A stretch of 64,000 nt of DNA from Gemmatimonadota bacterium (GTDB lineage Bacteria; Gemmatimonadota; Gemmatimonadetes; Gemmatimonadales; GWC2-71-9): positions 4,431 through 68,430 of the forward strand of contig JBDHHA010000005.1 of assembly GCA_039589615.1 (NCBI GenBank), written 5' to 3'. Within the stretch, counting starts at the first letter, position 1, and each line of letters starts with the position of its first letter. Below the pieces are notes generated by a model, which was given only the letters and a program-made list of their open reading frames with translations, did not search any database and was not told where the DNA came from. The position numbers and the translations under genes are program-made. Shown here one piece after another: positions 1-8,591 of this stretch.

Positions 1-849
1 CTCCTCAGCCATAGCGTCCTTCACGGATTGCTTGAGCGCCGCGATGGTGCTCTGGCGCTGCTGCTTGTCACCGCCGAAGAGGGCATCCGCCATCTTGGGC
101 TCGGCTAGCTCACGAACCCTGCGTTGCACTTCCTCGGGGATCTCATCCTGGGACCAGGCCATCTTCTCGACGGAGACCGCGTCGATGATCTCCTGTTCGG
201 CACCGAGCAGCTCGTCCACCGCTTCCTGCGCCTTGGCAAGGGCCTCCACCATCTCGCTTTCCGGCATCTCCAGAGCGCCACCCTCGACCATCAAGATCGA
301 CCCCTTCCGTCCGGCGACGACGAGGTCGAGATCCGATTCGTCGAGCTGGTCGAACGTGGGGTTCACCACCCATTCGCCGTCCACTCGGCCGATCCGCACC
401 GCCGCCACGGGGCCTTCCCACGGCACCGTAGACACGCTGAGGGCCAGAGACGCCGCCGTGAGTCCCACCGTATCGGCATCATTTTCCTGGTCTGCCGAGA
501 GGACGTACACGAAGACTTGCGTCTCGTTTTTGAACCCTTTGGGAAACAGCGGCCGGAGGGAGCGGTCGATCTGGCGCGCCGCCAGAATCTCCTCGTCGCT
601 GGGACGTCCCTCCCGCTTGATGAATCCCCCTGGGAATTTTCCGGCGGCATACCACTTCTCGCGGTATTCGACAGTGAGGGGAAAGAACGGCAGGTGAGAT
701 GTCTCGTCTGAAACCGTGATGGCGGCGAGGACCACGGTGTCCCCAAACTGCACCAGCGCACTGCCGGCTGCCTGCTTCGCCAAACGCCCGGTCTCCATAT
801 GCAGTGCGCGCCCGGCGAACGTTCGCTTCACTTCCTTTACCATTGTCAT
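1..849 (-). CDS. pnp: Polynucleotide phosphorylase, N-terminal 283 codons (gene runs off window start)
   Basis: Minus-strand frame is open from ATG 849 (alt ATG 843) to the window edge. It is missing from the ORF track only because it has no in-window stop. My translation reads MTMVKEVKRTFAGRALHMETGRLAKQAAGSALVQFGDTVVLAAITVSDETSHLPFFPLTVEYREKWYAAGKFPGGFIKREGRPSDEEILAARQIDRSLRPLFPKGF..., a PNPase RNase-PH domain 1. It lies directly downstream of rpsO (conserved rpsO-pnp pair). Confidence 0.85.
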   Translation of the reverse strand, partial: MTMVKEVKRTFAGRALHMETGRLAKQAAGSALVQFGDTVVLAAITVSDETSHLPFFPLTVEYREKWYAAGKFPGGFIKREGRPSDEEILAARQIDRSLRPLFPKGFKNETQVFVYVLSADQENDADTVGLTAASLALSVSTVPWEGPVAAVRIGRVDGEWVVNPTFDQLDESDLDLVVAGRKGSILMVEGGALEMPESEMVEALAKAQEAVDELLGAEQEIIDAVSVEKMAWSQDEIPEEVQRRVRELAEPKMADALFGGDKQQRQSTIAALKQSVKDAMAEE

Positions 850-914
850 CCTAGGATTCTGAGCCTGCAAGAAGGCGCCGGACCTGTTCCAACGCCCGTG
901 CCAGCGGAAGGCGA

Positions 915-1175
915 CTAGTGCCTGAGGCCGAGTTCTTCGATGAGCTTGCGGTATCCAGCCAGATCGGTGCGCCGGAGGTACGCCAAAAGGCGGCGTCGCT
1001 TGCTGACCATCGCCAGCAGTCCACGCCGCCCGTGGTGATCCTTTTTGTGGGCCCGGAAGTGGTCTGTCAGGTAGTTGATTCGCTCAGTCAGTACAGCGAC
1101 CTGGATCGGGGTCGACCCCGTATCCGTTTCCTCCACCTGGAACTTGCGAATGACTGCCTGCTTGTCAAAGCTCAT
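915..1175 (-). CDS. rpsO: 30S ribosomal protein S15
   Basis: 86-aa [42 protein letters not shown] is the S15 signature region. pnp lies downstream. Confidence 0.95.
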   Translation of the reverse strand: MSFDKQAVIRKFQVEETDTGSTPIQVAVLTERINYLTDHFRAHKKDHHGRRGLLAMVSKRRRLLAYLRRTDLAGYRKLIEELGLRH

Positions 1176-1280
1176 GAAAAGTGTATCCTCACAAACCGCG
1201 GGCCACGAAATGTCGTAAATGCCCTAAATTATGTTAGCATAACAATGTAGCTGGCCTCGGTTTATGTGTAAAGGTCGCAC

Positions 1281-2261
1281 ATGACGCTAGATCCCGAAAA
1301 CCTCATCGGCTGCTCCGTCGGCCAATACACCGTCGATCGCCTCATCGGAGAGGGGGCCTTCGCCTGGGTCTTCCAGGGCCACCGCACCGAAGACGGCACG
1401 GCTATCGCCCTCAAGGTCCTGCGCCCCCGGTACGCAGGGGATCCCCAGTTCGAAGCCCGCTTTCGCAACGAGTTCGAGGTGGCCTCCAACTTCGACCACC
1501 CCGGCATTGTCCGGACCCTGGAGGTGGGACGTGACGGGGAGACCACCTTTCTGGCGATGGACTACTACCCCGACTCCCTCGGCGGGCGTATCGAGCGGGA
1601 CGGTCCACTGGCCGAGGGCGAGACCATCGAGCTGGCCCGGTCCGTGGCCGAAGCTCTCAGGTTCGCCCACGAGGCCGGAGTGGTCCACCGGGACGTGAAG
1701 GTCGACAACATCCTGCTGACCGAGGGCGGGCGGGCGGTGATCGGCGATTTTGGCATCGCCAGAGCGGTCTCGGGATATGTCTCCGCCACGGGGCAGAACA
1801 TGACCATCGGGACGCCTCATTACGTCTCGCCGGAACAGGCCCAAGGTCGCAAGCTGGACGGCCGGAGCGACCTCTACGCCCTCGGGGTGACCCTCTACAA
1901 AGCCGTGACCGGCAACGTCCCCTTCAGCTCCACCGACTGGTTCGAGCTGGCCCGGATGCACGTGGAGGACCCTCCCGAGGCACCCCGGAAGAAGCGCCCC
2001 GACATCTCGGCGCGCCTGGAGCGGATCATCCTGCGGCTCCTCGCCAAACATCCCGACGACCGGTACGACTCGGCAGCCAGCCTGATCGGGGAGTTGGACG
2101 AGATCCGGAGTGAAGCCCGGGCCACGGCGACCTTTGGGCTGAGTTCCGTGACGCAGGCCGTTGCCATCCACGGGTCGAGGCCCAAGTGGCTCTGGCCCGC
2201 GGCGGCGGTGCTGGTGGTGATCGTGGTCGCGGTGGTGGTGGTGCTTCTCGGGCAACGGTGA
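1281..2261 (+). CDS. Hanks-type Ser/Thr protein kinase, minimal, C-terminal tail anchor
   Basis: Motifs: G-loop GEGAFAWV, AIALK lysine, catalytic loop HRDVKVDNIL, DFG, GTPHYVSPE. The only hydrophobic segment is the extreme C-terminus WPAAAVLVVIVVAVVVVLLGQR. Confidence 0.85.
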   Translation: MTLDPENLIGCSVGQYTVDRLIGEGAFAWVFQGHRTEDGTAIALKVLRPRYAGDPQFEARFRNEFEVASNFDHPGIVRTLEVGRDGETTFLAMDYYPDSLGGRIERDGPLAEGETIELARSVAEALRFAHEAGVVHRDVKVDNILLTEGGRAVIGDFGIARAVSGYVSATGQNMTIGTPHYVSPEQAQGRKLDGRSDLYALGVTLYKAVTGNVPFSSTDWFELARMHVEDPPEAPRKKRPDISARLERIILRLLAKHPDDRYDSAASLIGELDEIRSEARATATFGLSSVTQAVAIHGSRPKWLWPAAAVLVVIVVAVVVVLLGQR

Positions 2262-2267
2262 GCCTGC

Positions 2268-2381
2268 GCAGAGCACGCCATTTGTCGCTTTCGCGGGCTG
2301 CGGTTCGCTTCAGGGCCAGATCTCGGGACACCGACAGCTTGCGACCCAACGCCCGCTGCAGCGACAAACGGCGCGCTCTGC
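2268..2381. repeat. Long imperfect inverted repeat (22-nt arms 2268-2289 / 2360-2381 plus inner pairing) in the convergent kinase/rseP spacer
   Basis: Left arm is gcagagcacgccatttgtcgct and right arm is agcgacaaacggcgcgctctgc. They pair at 20 of 22 positions on the plus strand. The two mismatches are A-C on the plus strand and become G-U wobble on the minus-strand transcript. The inner gcgggc...gcccgc extends the rod. Confidence 0.5.
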
Positions 2382-2436
2382 TCCCCCCCACCTCTTGATC
2401 CGAGGCCCTCCTGCTCCGCAGTTTGCAGTCCTTCCG

Positions 2437-3804
2437 TCAGCCCCCAAACACCCGCAACAGGTCGTTGGTCAACGCTAAGACCATGATCCCCAGGAGGATC
2501 ACCAGCCCGAACTGGCTGAAGCGTACGCGGAGCTCCAGGGGCATGGGCTTTCCGCGAATACCCTCGATGAGCAGGAACACCAGCTGCCCCCCGTCGAGCA
2601 CCGGGATCGGCAGGAGGTTGAGAATCGCCAGATTGACGGAGAAGAGGGCCATGAAGGAGAAGAGCGCCACCAACCCCCGACGGGCCACCTGGCCCGAGAT
2701 CTGTCCGATCAACACGGGCCCACCCAGCTCCCGAGCCGAGACCCGGCCGGTTATCAGCCCTTTCAGAGTCACCAGGATGAGCTTGGAATCGGATTTGACC
2801 CGCCGCCCGCCCTCGACGATGCCGCCCACGAGCCCCCAGCGGAGATTCCGCAACGGGCGGGGCTCGCCGATCCCCAGATACCCGATAGTCCGTTCTTCGC
2901 CGGTGACGGGATGTGCCTGTGTGACGGAACCGGGGGTCGCCACCAACGTCATCTGGCTACCGCCTCTCAGGACGGTGAACTCGAGACGCTCCCCGCTGCG
3001 CTGTTGGACTACCCGGACCATTTGATCCCAGTGTGCGATGGGCCGCCCCTCGAGCCCGACGATCACGTCATCCACCTGGAACCCGGCCTCGTCAGCCACA
3101 GAGTCGTCCTCCACCGACGCCACTCTGGCCTCGTGGCGCGCCTTGAGTGCAGCGTACAACGCAAATCGCTGGTCCAGGGCAAACCCGTCGATGGGGACGA
3201 TGATCGGATCGACGCCGGCGAATTCGAACCGCAGCCCATCCGACGTGGGATCGGTCAGAGCGTCTCCCATCTCCTGCCAGGACGGAATGGTGTCCCCATT
3301 GATCCGGAGGATCTGGACGTTCTCGGGGAGATCCAATAGTCCGGCCGCCGCCTCCGGGAGATACCAGTCGTCCACACGGGCCACGGTGGTGGTGGGATCC
3401 ACCGTGCGGCCCATGGTGGTGGCAAAGACGAAATACACCCCCCAGGCGAACAAGAAGTTCATCGCCACACCTGCCGAGATGACGATGATCCGCGCCCACA
3501 GCGGCTTGTTCTCAAACAGCTTCTCCGGGGGGAACTCCTGCTCCAAGGATCCACCCTCGAGGCCCGACATGGCCTCTTCCTGTTCCTCCTTGCTGGCCAT
3601 CTTGACGTAGCCACCCAGCGGGATCCAGGAGATGACGTACTCCGTTTCGCCGCGGCGGAACGCCAGGGGCGTCAGCGGGCCAAGCCCGATGGAGAACCTG
3701 GGCACCCCAATGCCCACCGCCTTCGCGGCGATGAAGTGACCAAGCTCGTGCACGAAAATGAGCACGCCGATGACGATGACGGCGGCTCCCAGAGTCAGCA
3801 GCAC
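2437..3804 (-). CDS. rseP: RIP zinc metalloprotease (site-2 protease, RseP family)
   Basis: 455 aa. It has an HELGH zinc site in the first TM (FVHELGHFIAAK), a PDZ-like middle part and NLLPIPVLDGG near the C-terminus. GTG start at 3804 overlaps the dxr stop by 10 nt. Confidence 0.85.
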   Translation of the reverse strand: MLLTLGAAVIVIGVLIFVHELGHFIAAKAVGIGVPRFSIGLGPLTPLAFRRGETEYVISWIPLGGYVKMASKEEQEEAMSGLEGGSLEQEFPPEKLFENKPLWARIIVISAGVAMNFLFAWGVYFVFATTMGRTVDPTTTVARVDDWYLPEAAAGLLDLPENVQILRINGDTIPSWQEMGDALTDPTSDGLRFEFAGVDPIIVPIDGFALDQRFALYAALKARHEARVASVEDDSVADEAGFQVDDVIVGLEGRPIAHWDQMVRVVQQRSGERLEFTVLRGGSQMTLVATPGSVTQAHPVTGEERTIGYLGIGEPRPLRNLRWGLVGGIVEGGRRVKSDSKLILVTLKGLITGRVSARELGGPVLIGQISGQVARRGLVALFSFMALFSVNLAILNLLPIPVLDGGQLVFLLIEGIRGKPMPLELRVRFSQFGLVILLGIMVLALTNDLLRVFGG

Positions 3805-4940
3805 GCAACCTCCGCAGTTTCACGGGCCCAGCGGTCGACGGCGAGCACCGTCTCCAAATCGCACGCCGGATCCCCACCATGGGCTTGTAAGACGCTGTCG
3901 ATCACTACGGCAATCTGCCCGAAAGTGATTCGACTCTCCAAAAATGATTTGACGGCCACCTCGTTGGCGGCGTTGTACACCGCCGGCGCAGTGGCACCGG
4001 ACCGCCCGGCCTCCACACCCAACGCAAATGCAGGGAAGTCTTCCCGACGCACTGGTTCGAACGTGAGGTCTCCACAGGCCACCGGATCGAACCGCCGCAC
4101 CCCCACATCCGAAACTCGGGTCGGATGCGTGAGCGCATACAGTATCGGGAGCTCCATCGAGGGGTACCCGATTTGTGCCAAGACGGAGCCGTCCACGAAT
4201 TCCGTGAACGCGTGGATGATCGACTGAGGATGCACCACGACGTCGATTCCATCATACCCGAGCTTGAACAGATAGTGTGCCTCGATGACCTCCAGGGCCT
4301 TGTTGGCCAGCGTCGCACTGTCGATGGTGATCTTCGGACCCATGCTCCACGTGGGATGGTTGAGCGCCTCCTCCACCGTGGCGCGCGCCAACCGTCCGGT
4401 GTCCCACCCCCGAAACGGACCGCCCGACGCCGTCAGGATGAGCCGCTGGAGATCCTCGGGCTCTCGCCCAGCGATGCACTGCAGCACCGCACTGTGCTCG
4501 GAATCCACCGGCACGATCTCGCCGCCGCCGTCCCGAGCGGTCTGTTGGACGAGGTCCCCGGCCATGACGAGGGTTTCCTTGTTGGCCAACGCCACCCGCT
4601 TGCCCGCGGACAGGGCGGCGAGGGTGGCCTCGAGCCCGGCGGCTCCCACGACCGCATTGACCACGATGTCCACGCCGGGATGCGTGGCGGCCTCGATGAG
4701 ACATTCGGACCCCGAGCCGCGATGGCTGGGCACGCCGTTGCCCCGGGACCAGTGCCCGTCTCCGTTCACCAACCCCAGGAAATCGGCGCCGGTGTCGTGG
4801 CCGATCTGTTCGAGCTTGTCCGCCGAGCCCAGTGCCGTGACCGCCACCACGGTAAACCGGTCTGGATGTCGTGCAACCACCCGCAGGGTGCTCGTGCCGA
4901 CGGACCCCGTGCATCCCAGGACGGCGATCCCCCTGCTCAC
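3795..4940 (-). CDS. dxr: 1-deoxy-D-xylulose 5-phosphate reductoisomerase
   Basis: Only the C-terminal 381 aa of ORF 3795..5711 are credible. GTG 4940 gives VSRGIAVLGCTGSVGTSTL (NADPH site), then VALANKETLV and PVDSEHSAV. There is a GTGA overlap with the cdsA stop. Confidence 0.9.
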   Translation of the reverse strand: MSRGIAVLGCTGSVGTSTLRVVARHPDRFTVVAVTALGSADKLEQIGHDTGADFLGLVNGDGHWSRGNGVPSHRGSGSECLIEAATHPGVDIVVNAVVGAAGLEATLAALSAGKRVALANKETLVMAGDLVQQTARDGGGEIVPVDSEHSAVLQCIAGREPEDLQRLILTASGGPFRGWDTGRLARATVEEALNHPTWSMGPKITIDSATLANKALEVIEAHYLFKLGYDGIDVVVHPQSIIHAFTEFVDGSVLAQIGYPSMELPILYALTHPTRVSDVGVRRFDPVACGDLTFEPVRREDFPAFALGVEAGRSGATAPAVYNAANEVAVKSFLESRITFGQIAVVIDSVLQAHGGDPACDLETVLAVDRWARETAEVACC

Positions 4941-5791
4941 AGCACCCCGAACGCGTAGAAGCACATGGCCGACATCGGGATGACCCAGTAGAGCGAATCC
5001 AGGCGATCCAGGACGCCACCGTGCCCCGGGAAGAAGGAGCCTGAGTCCTTGACCCCGACGGACCGCTTCAGCAGCGACTCGGCCAGATCGCCGATTTGCC
5101 CGAGCACCCCCACCACGAGTCCGATCACGAGCAGTTGCCACACCCCGAGAGAGATCTCGACCGCACTGAGGACGAACGTGCCGTATGCCACGGCAACCGC
5201 CGCGGCGCCAACGAGTCCCGAGAGTGTGCCGGACCACGTCTTGTTGGGACTCACGACCGGCGCAAACTTGGGCCCTCCGAAGAGTGACCCTCCCGTCATC
5301 GCCAGGGTGTCGCACAGCCAGGTCGTGACCAAGGGAAGGAACACCAGGACCGTCGCGCTCAGCGCCGTGGCGCCGTCCAATCCGTGCCGGATCAACAGCA
5401 CGAACGCAAGGAGTCCCGCCGTATAGCAGGGGCCAAAGATCGTCGCACCGAGCGCCGGGATCGGTTTGCCACTGGGCCCCGCGAAGCGCACCGCGTACGA
5501 CATCGTGGCGACCAACCAGACTGCCGCTCCGAATACGGCCCACAGCGGCGTCACCGCGCCCTCGAGCAACAGGTAGGCGGCAACGGGGAATGCCGCAGCG
5601 GCGACGTAGCCGGGGAGTGAGAGGGCCCGCACCCCCGCTTTGGCCGAAAGGAGAAAGAACTCTCGTGTACCGACCACGCCGAGCAGCGCCAAACCGGCCA
5701 CCAACACCCAACCCCCCAGGTAGATCATGCCGACGGCGATCGGAATGGCCACGGCGGCAACGGCGACTCGGGTCGGCAGCGTGCTGGCCAT
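4937..5791 (-). CDS. cdsA: Phosphatidate cytidylyltransferase
   Basis: ATG 5791 (MASTLPTRVAVAAV...) and multi-TM. It carries the C-terminal signature SLLKRSVGVKDSGSFFPGHGGVLDRLDS. The first 53 aa of the ORF-track entry overlap uppS and are rejected. Confidence 0.85.
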   Translation of the reverse strand: MASTLPTRVAVAAVAIPIAVGMIYLGGWVLVAGLALLGVVGTREFFLLSAKAGVRALSLPGYVAAAAFPVAAYLLLEGAVTPLWAVFGAAVWLVATMSYAVRFAGPSGKPIPALGATIFGPCYTAGLLAFVLLIRHGLDGATALSATVLVFLPLVTTWLCDTLAMTGGSLFGGPKFAPVVSPNKTWSGTLSGLVGAAAVAVAYGTFVLSAVEISLGVWQLLVIGLVVGVLGQIGDLAESLLKRSVGVKDSGSFFPGHGGVLDRLDSLYWVIPMSAMCFYAFGVL

Positions 5792-5792
5792 C

Positions 5793-6533
5793 CTACGCAC
5801 CGACTCGACCGAAACGGCGTTCCCGGGCCTGGAAGTCGAGAATGGCGTCGAACAGCTCCCGCCTGTTGAAGTCGGGCCACAATACTGGGGTGACATAGAG
5901 CTCGGTGTATGCCAGCTGCCACAGGAGGAAGTTCGAGACGCGCTGCTCACCCGACGTGCGAATGAGGAGATCGGGGTCCGGCCACGGCGCGGTGTATAGC
6001 CGGTCGGCGATAGTCTGCTCGTCGATCTCCTTGGGAGCCAGCCGCCCGGCTTCCACCTCTTCGGCGATCTTCCGGGCCGCCCGGGTCAGTTCTTTGCGCG
6101 CCGAATACGAGATGCAGAGGCCGAGCTCCAGCTTGGTACCGAGCTGTGTTTCCCGCTCCACGCGCTCGATCGCGGTCAGCGCCCGCGCGTTCAGACGGCT
6201 CCGGTCACCCAGCACGCGGGTCTTCACGCCATTGCGCCGCAGGTTCTTGGTCTCCTTGGCGATGTACTCATCCAGGAGATTCATCAGCGAGGAGACTTCG
6301 TCGGCGGGACGGGACCAGTTCTCTTCGGAAAACGCAAAGAGGGTGAGGACCTCGACGCCTGCTTCGATACACCCTTCGACGATTTCGCGCACCGCCTTCA
6401 TCCCCTGGTGATGGCCGAGCGTCCGAGGCAACAGGCGGCTGCGAGCCCATCGACCGTTTCCATCCATGATGACCGCCACGTGCCGTGGCACGTCGCCGTT
6501 CATCTTTAATCGGGTCAGCCGATCGTCGGACAT
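5793..6533 (-). CDS. uppS: Undecaprenyl diphosphate synthase (cis-prenyltransferase)
   Basis: HVAVIMDGNGRWA and RTSGEQRVSNFLLWQLAYTELY motifs. Its stop is 1 nt from the cdsA start. Confidence 0.92.
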   Translation of the reverse strand: MSDDRLTRLKMNGDVPRHVAVIMDGNGRWARSRLLPRTLGHHQGMKAVREIVEGCIEAGVEVLTLFAFSEENWSRPADEVSSLMNLLDEYIAKETKNLRRNGVKTRVLGDRSRLNARALTAIERVERETQLGTKLELGLCISYSARKELTRAARKIAEEVEAGRLAPKEIDEQTIADRLYTAPWPDPDLLIRTSGEQRVSNFLLWQLAYTELYVTPVLWPDFNRRELFDAILDFQARERRFGRVGA

Positions 6534-6555
6534 GTCGGGGGAGGGGCGGCTCGGA

Positions 6556-7110
6556 TCAAACTTCCATGATCTCCGCTTCTTTGGCCTTCACCAGTTCGTC
6601 GAGCTGCTCGATGGCATCGTCGTGCAGCTTCTGAACATCCTTTTCGGTGTGCCGTTCTTCATCTTCGGACACGTGCTCCACCTTCTTCGCCTTGGACTTC
6701 GCGTCCGTGCGGCTGTGGCGAATGGCGATCTTTCCCTCCTCCACCAGCTTCCGCACCACTTTGACCAATTCCTTGCGACGCTCTTCCGTGAGGAGCGGCA
6801 GGGGAATGCGAATGATCGCGCCGTCGTTGGACGGATTCAGCCCCAACTCAGAGGACTGAATGGCCTTCTCGATGGGCTCCATCAGTCCCTTGTCCCACGG
6901 CTGGACGGTGAGCATCCGCGGCTCCGGGGCGGCGACGGATGCGACCTGGTTGAGGGGCATAGACTGCCCATACGCATCGACTCGAATCGTATCGAGCAAG
7001 CTCGTCGTGGCCTTGCCGCTCCGGATCGTTGCCAGCTCGCGCTTCGTGTTCTCGACCGCCTTTTTCATGGCGGCCTTGGCTCCTTTGGTCACTTCGTCCA
7101 GGGTACTCAT
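6556..7110 (-). CDS. frr: Ribosome recycling factor
   Basis: 184 aa. [22 protein letters not shown] and [18 protein letters not shown] are typical RRF. It follows pyrH with an ATGA overlap. Confidence 0.95.
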   Translation of the reverse strand: MSTLDEVTKGAKAAMKKAVENTKRELATIRSGKATTSLLDTIRVDAYGQSMPLNQVASVAAPEPRMLTVQPWDKGLMEPIEKAIQSSELGLNPSNDGAIIRIPLPLLTEERRKELVKVVRKLVEEGKIAIRHSRTDAKSKAKKVEHVSEDEERHTEKDVQKLHDDAIEQLDELVKAKEAEIMEV

Positions 7111-7820
7111 CGCACCAGTGTCCCGACACGCTCGCCCTCGATTACCCGGGCAATCGCGCCCTTTTGGTTGACGTTCATGACGACGATTGGCAGCCGGTTC
7201 TTCTTGCAGAGGCCGAACGCGTTGGCATCCATCACCTCGAGATCACGAATGATGGCGTCCTGGTATCCGAGCTCCGAGATGAACTCGGCCTCGGGATCCT
7301 TGCGCGGATCGGACGAGTAGATGCCATCCACATTGGTTGCCTTGATGATCACATCTGCCTCGATCTCCAGGGCCCGCAACACCGCCGCCGTATCTGTGGA
7401 AAAATAAGGGTTTCCGGTCCCGCCCGCGAATAGGACCACCCGCCCCTTCTCGAGATGCCGCTGCGCGCGTCGGCGGATGTACGGCTCCGCCAGCTCTTCC
7501 ATACGAATGGCCGTCATAACGCGCGTCTCGACATCTTTCCGCTCGAGGATGTCCTGCACAGCCAGGGCATTGATTACGGTGGCCAGCATGCCCATGTAGT
7601 CGGCCGACACACGGTCCATCCCCTGCTGGCTGGCCGTGGTCCCGCGCATGATGTTTCCCCCACCCAACACCAACCCCAGATTCGCTCCCATATGGTGGAC
7701 CTCGCGGATCTCCTCGGTCAACTGATCGATGACCCCGAAGTCGATTCCGAACCCTGTTTCGCCGGCAAGCGCCTCACCGGAGAGCTTGACCAGTACCCGC
7801 CGATATTGGAGCTCAGCCAC
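7107..7820 (-). CDS. pyrH: UMP kinase
   Basis: 237 aa with [10 protein letters not shown] and [16 protein letters not shown] motifs. It lies between tsf and frr. Confidence 0.95.
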   Translation of the reverse strand: MAELQYRRVLVKLSGEALAGETGFGIDFGVIDQLTEEIREVHHMGANLGLVLGGGNIMRGTTASQQGMDRVSADYMGMLATVINALAVQDILERKDVETRVMTAIRMEELAEPYIRRRAQRHLEKGRVVLFAGGTGNPYFSTDTAAVLRALEIEADVIIKATNVDGIYSSDPRKDPEAEFISELGYQDAIIRDLEVMDANAFGLCKKNRLPIVVMNVNQKGAIARVIEGERVGTLVR

Positions 7821-8417
7821 TTACTCTTCTCCCAGTTCGTAACGGACGAAACGTCGCACGACGACGTTTTCGCCCAGCTTCGCCGACGCTTCGGTGATCA
7901 GCTGGCCGATCGACATCTTGTCGTCTTTGACGAACGGTTGGTCGAGCAGTGCGCGCTCCTGGCAGAACTTCTTCATCTTGCCCTCAACCATCTTCTCCCG
8001 CACCTGTTCAGGTTTCCCGGACTCGGCGACCTGCGCTTCCACGATCTCACGTTCCTTGGCGACGAGCGCCTCCGGAAGATCATCGGCCGACACCGCCATG
8101 GGTTTCGCCGACGCAATGTGCAACGCGAGGTCCTTCGTCAGGCTCTGGAAGTCATCCGTGCGGGCTACGAAGTCGGTCTCGCAATTCAAATCCACCAACA
8201 CGCCCACCTTCCCGTTGAAGTGGACGTACGAGCCAATGACGCCCTCCGAAGCACTGCGCCCTGCTCGCTTTTCCGCCTTGGCGATTCCTCGCTTCCGCAG
8301 AAGGTCGCTGGCCTTCCCCATATCCCCGCCGGCCTCCTCGAGCGCCTTCTTGCACTCCATCATCCCGACCCCTGTCTGCTTTCGGAGCTCCGCCACGTCC
8401 TTTGCTGAAATACCCAT
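7821..8417 (-). CDS. tsf: Elongation factor Ts (short form)
   Basis: 198 aa with the N-terminal TGVGMMECKKALEEAGGDMGKA (UBA-like) motif. It abuts the pyrH start. Confidence 0.9.
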   Translation of the reverse strand: MGISAKDVAELRKQTGVGMMECKKALEEAGGDMGKASDLLRKRGIAKAEKRAGRSASEGVIGSYVHFNGKVGVLVDLNCETDFVARTDDFQSLTKDLALHIASAKPMAVSADDLPEALVAKEREIVEAQVAESGKPEQVREKMVEGKMKKFCQERALLDQPFVKDDKMSIGQLITEASAKLGENVVVRRFVRYELGEE

Positions 8418-8526
8418 TATCTCTCCAAATCTCCTCGTGCCCTTCCACGATCCGAATCCGCACGTGTGAATTACCGTTGATGCTCCTGCCGTCTTGTTCC
8501 TCGTCCATCAGATACCGCACACACGA

Positions 8527-8566
8527 ACCGCCGCCCTCGAGGCCACAGGCCCTGGGAAGCGGCGGT
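8527..8566 (-). other. Stem-loop in rpsB-tsf spacer (no U-run; possible processing or attenuation structure)
   Basis: accgccgc (8527-8534) pairs perfectly with gcggcggt (8559-8566). An inner ggcc-aca-ggcc hairpin is also present. Confidence 0.3.
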
Positions 8567-8591
8567 CGATGTCCCGGCCCTTCGTTGGGAT

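Noticed and set aside
850-914. rpsO-pnp spacer examined for the classical rpsO terminator / pnp leader RNase III hairpin
   Set aside because: Several short GC pairings are possible, but I could not define one convincing stem-loop or U-run by eye. I leave this to an RNA-folding program.
4054-4061. GGTTCGAA T-loop-like strings (also at about 39483-39490) checked as possible tRNA fragments
   Set aside because: Both lie inside well-supported CDS (dxr, guaA), with no acceptor or anticodon stem context. No tRNA-like cloverleaf was found in any intergenic spacer.
4941-5711. N-terminal 256-aa extension of the dxr ORF (3795..5711)
   Set aside because: The extension overlaps cdsA out of frame and is Arg/Gly-rich. 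The conserved Dxr N-terminus (GIAVLGCTGSVG) starts at GTG 4940.
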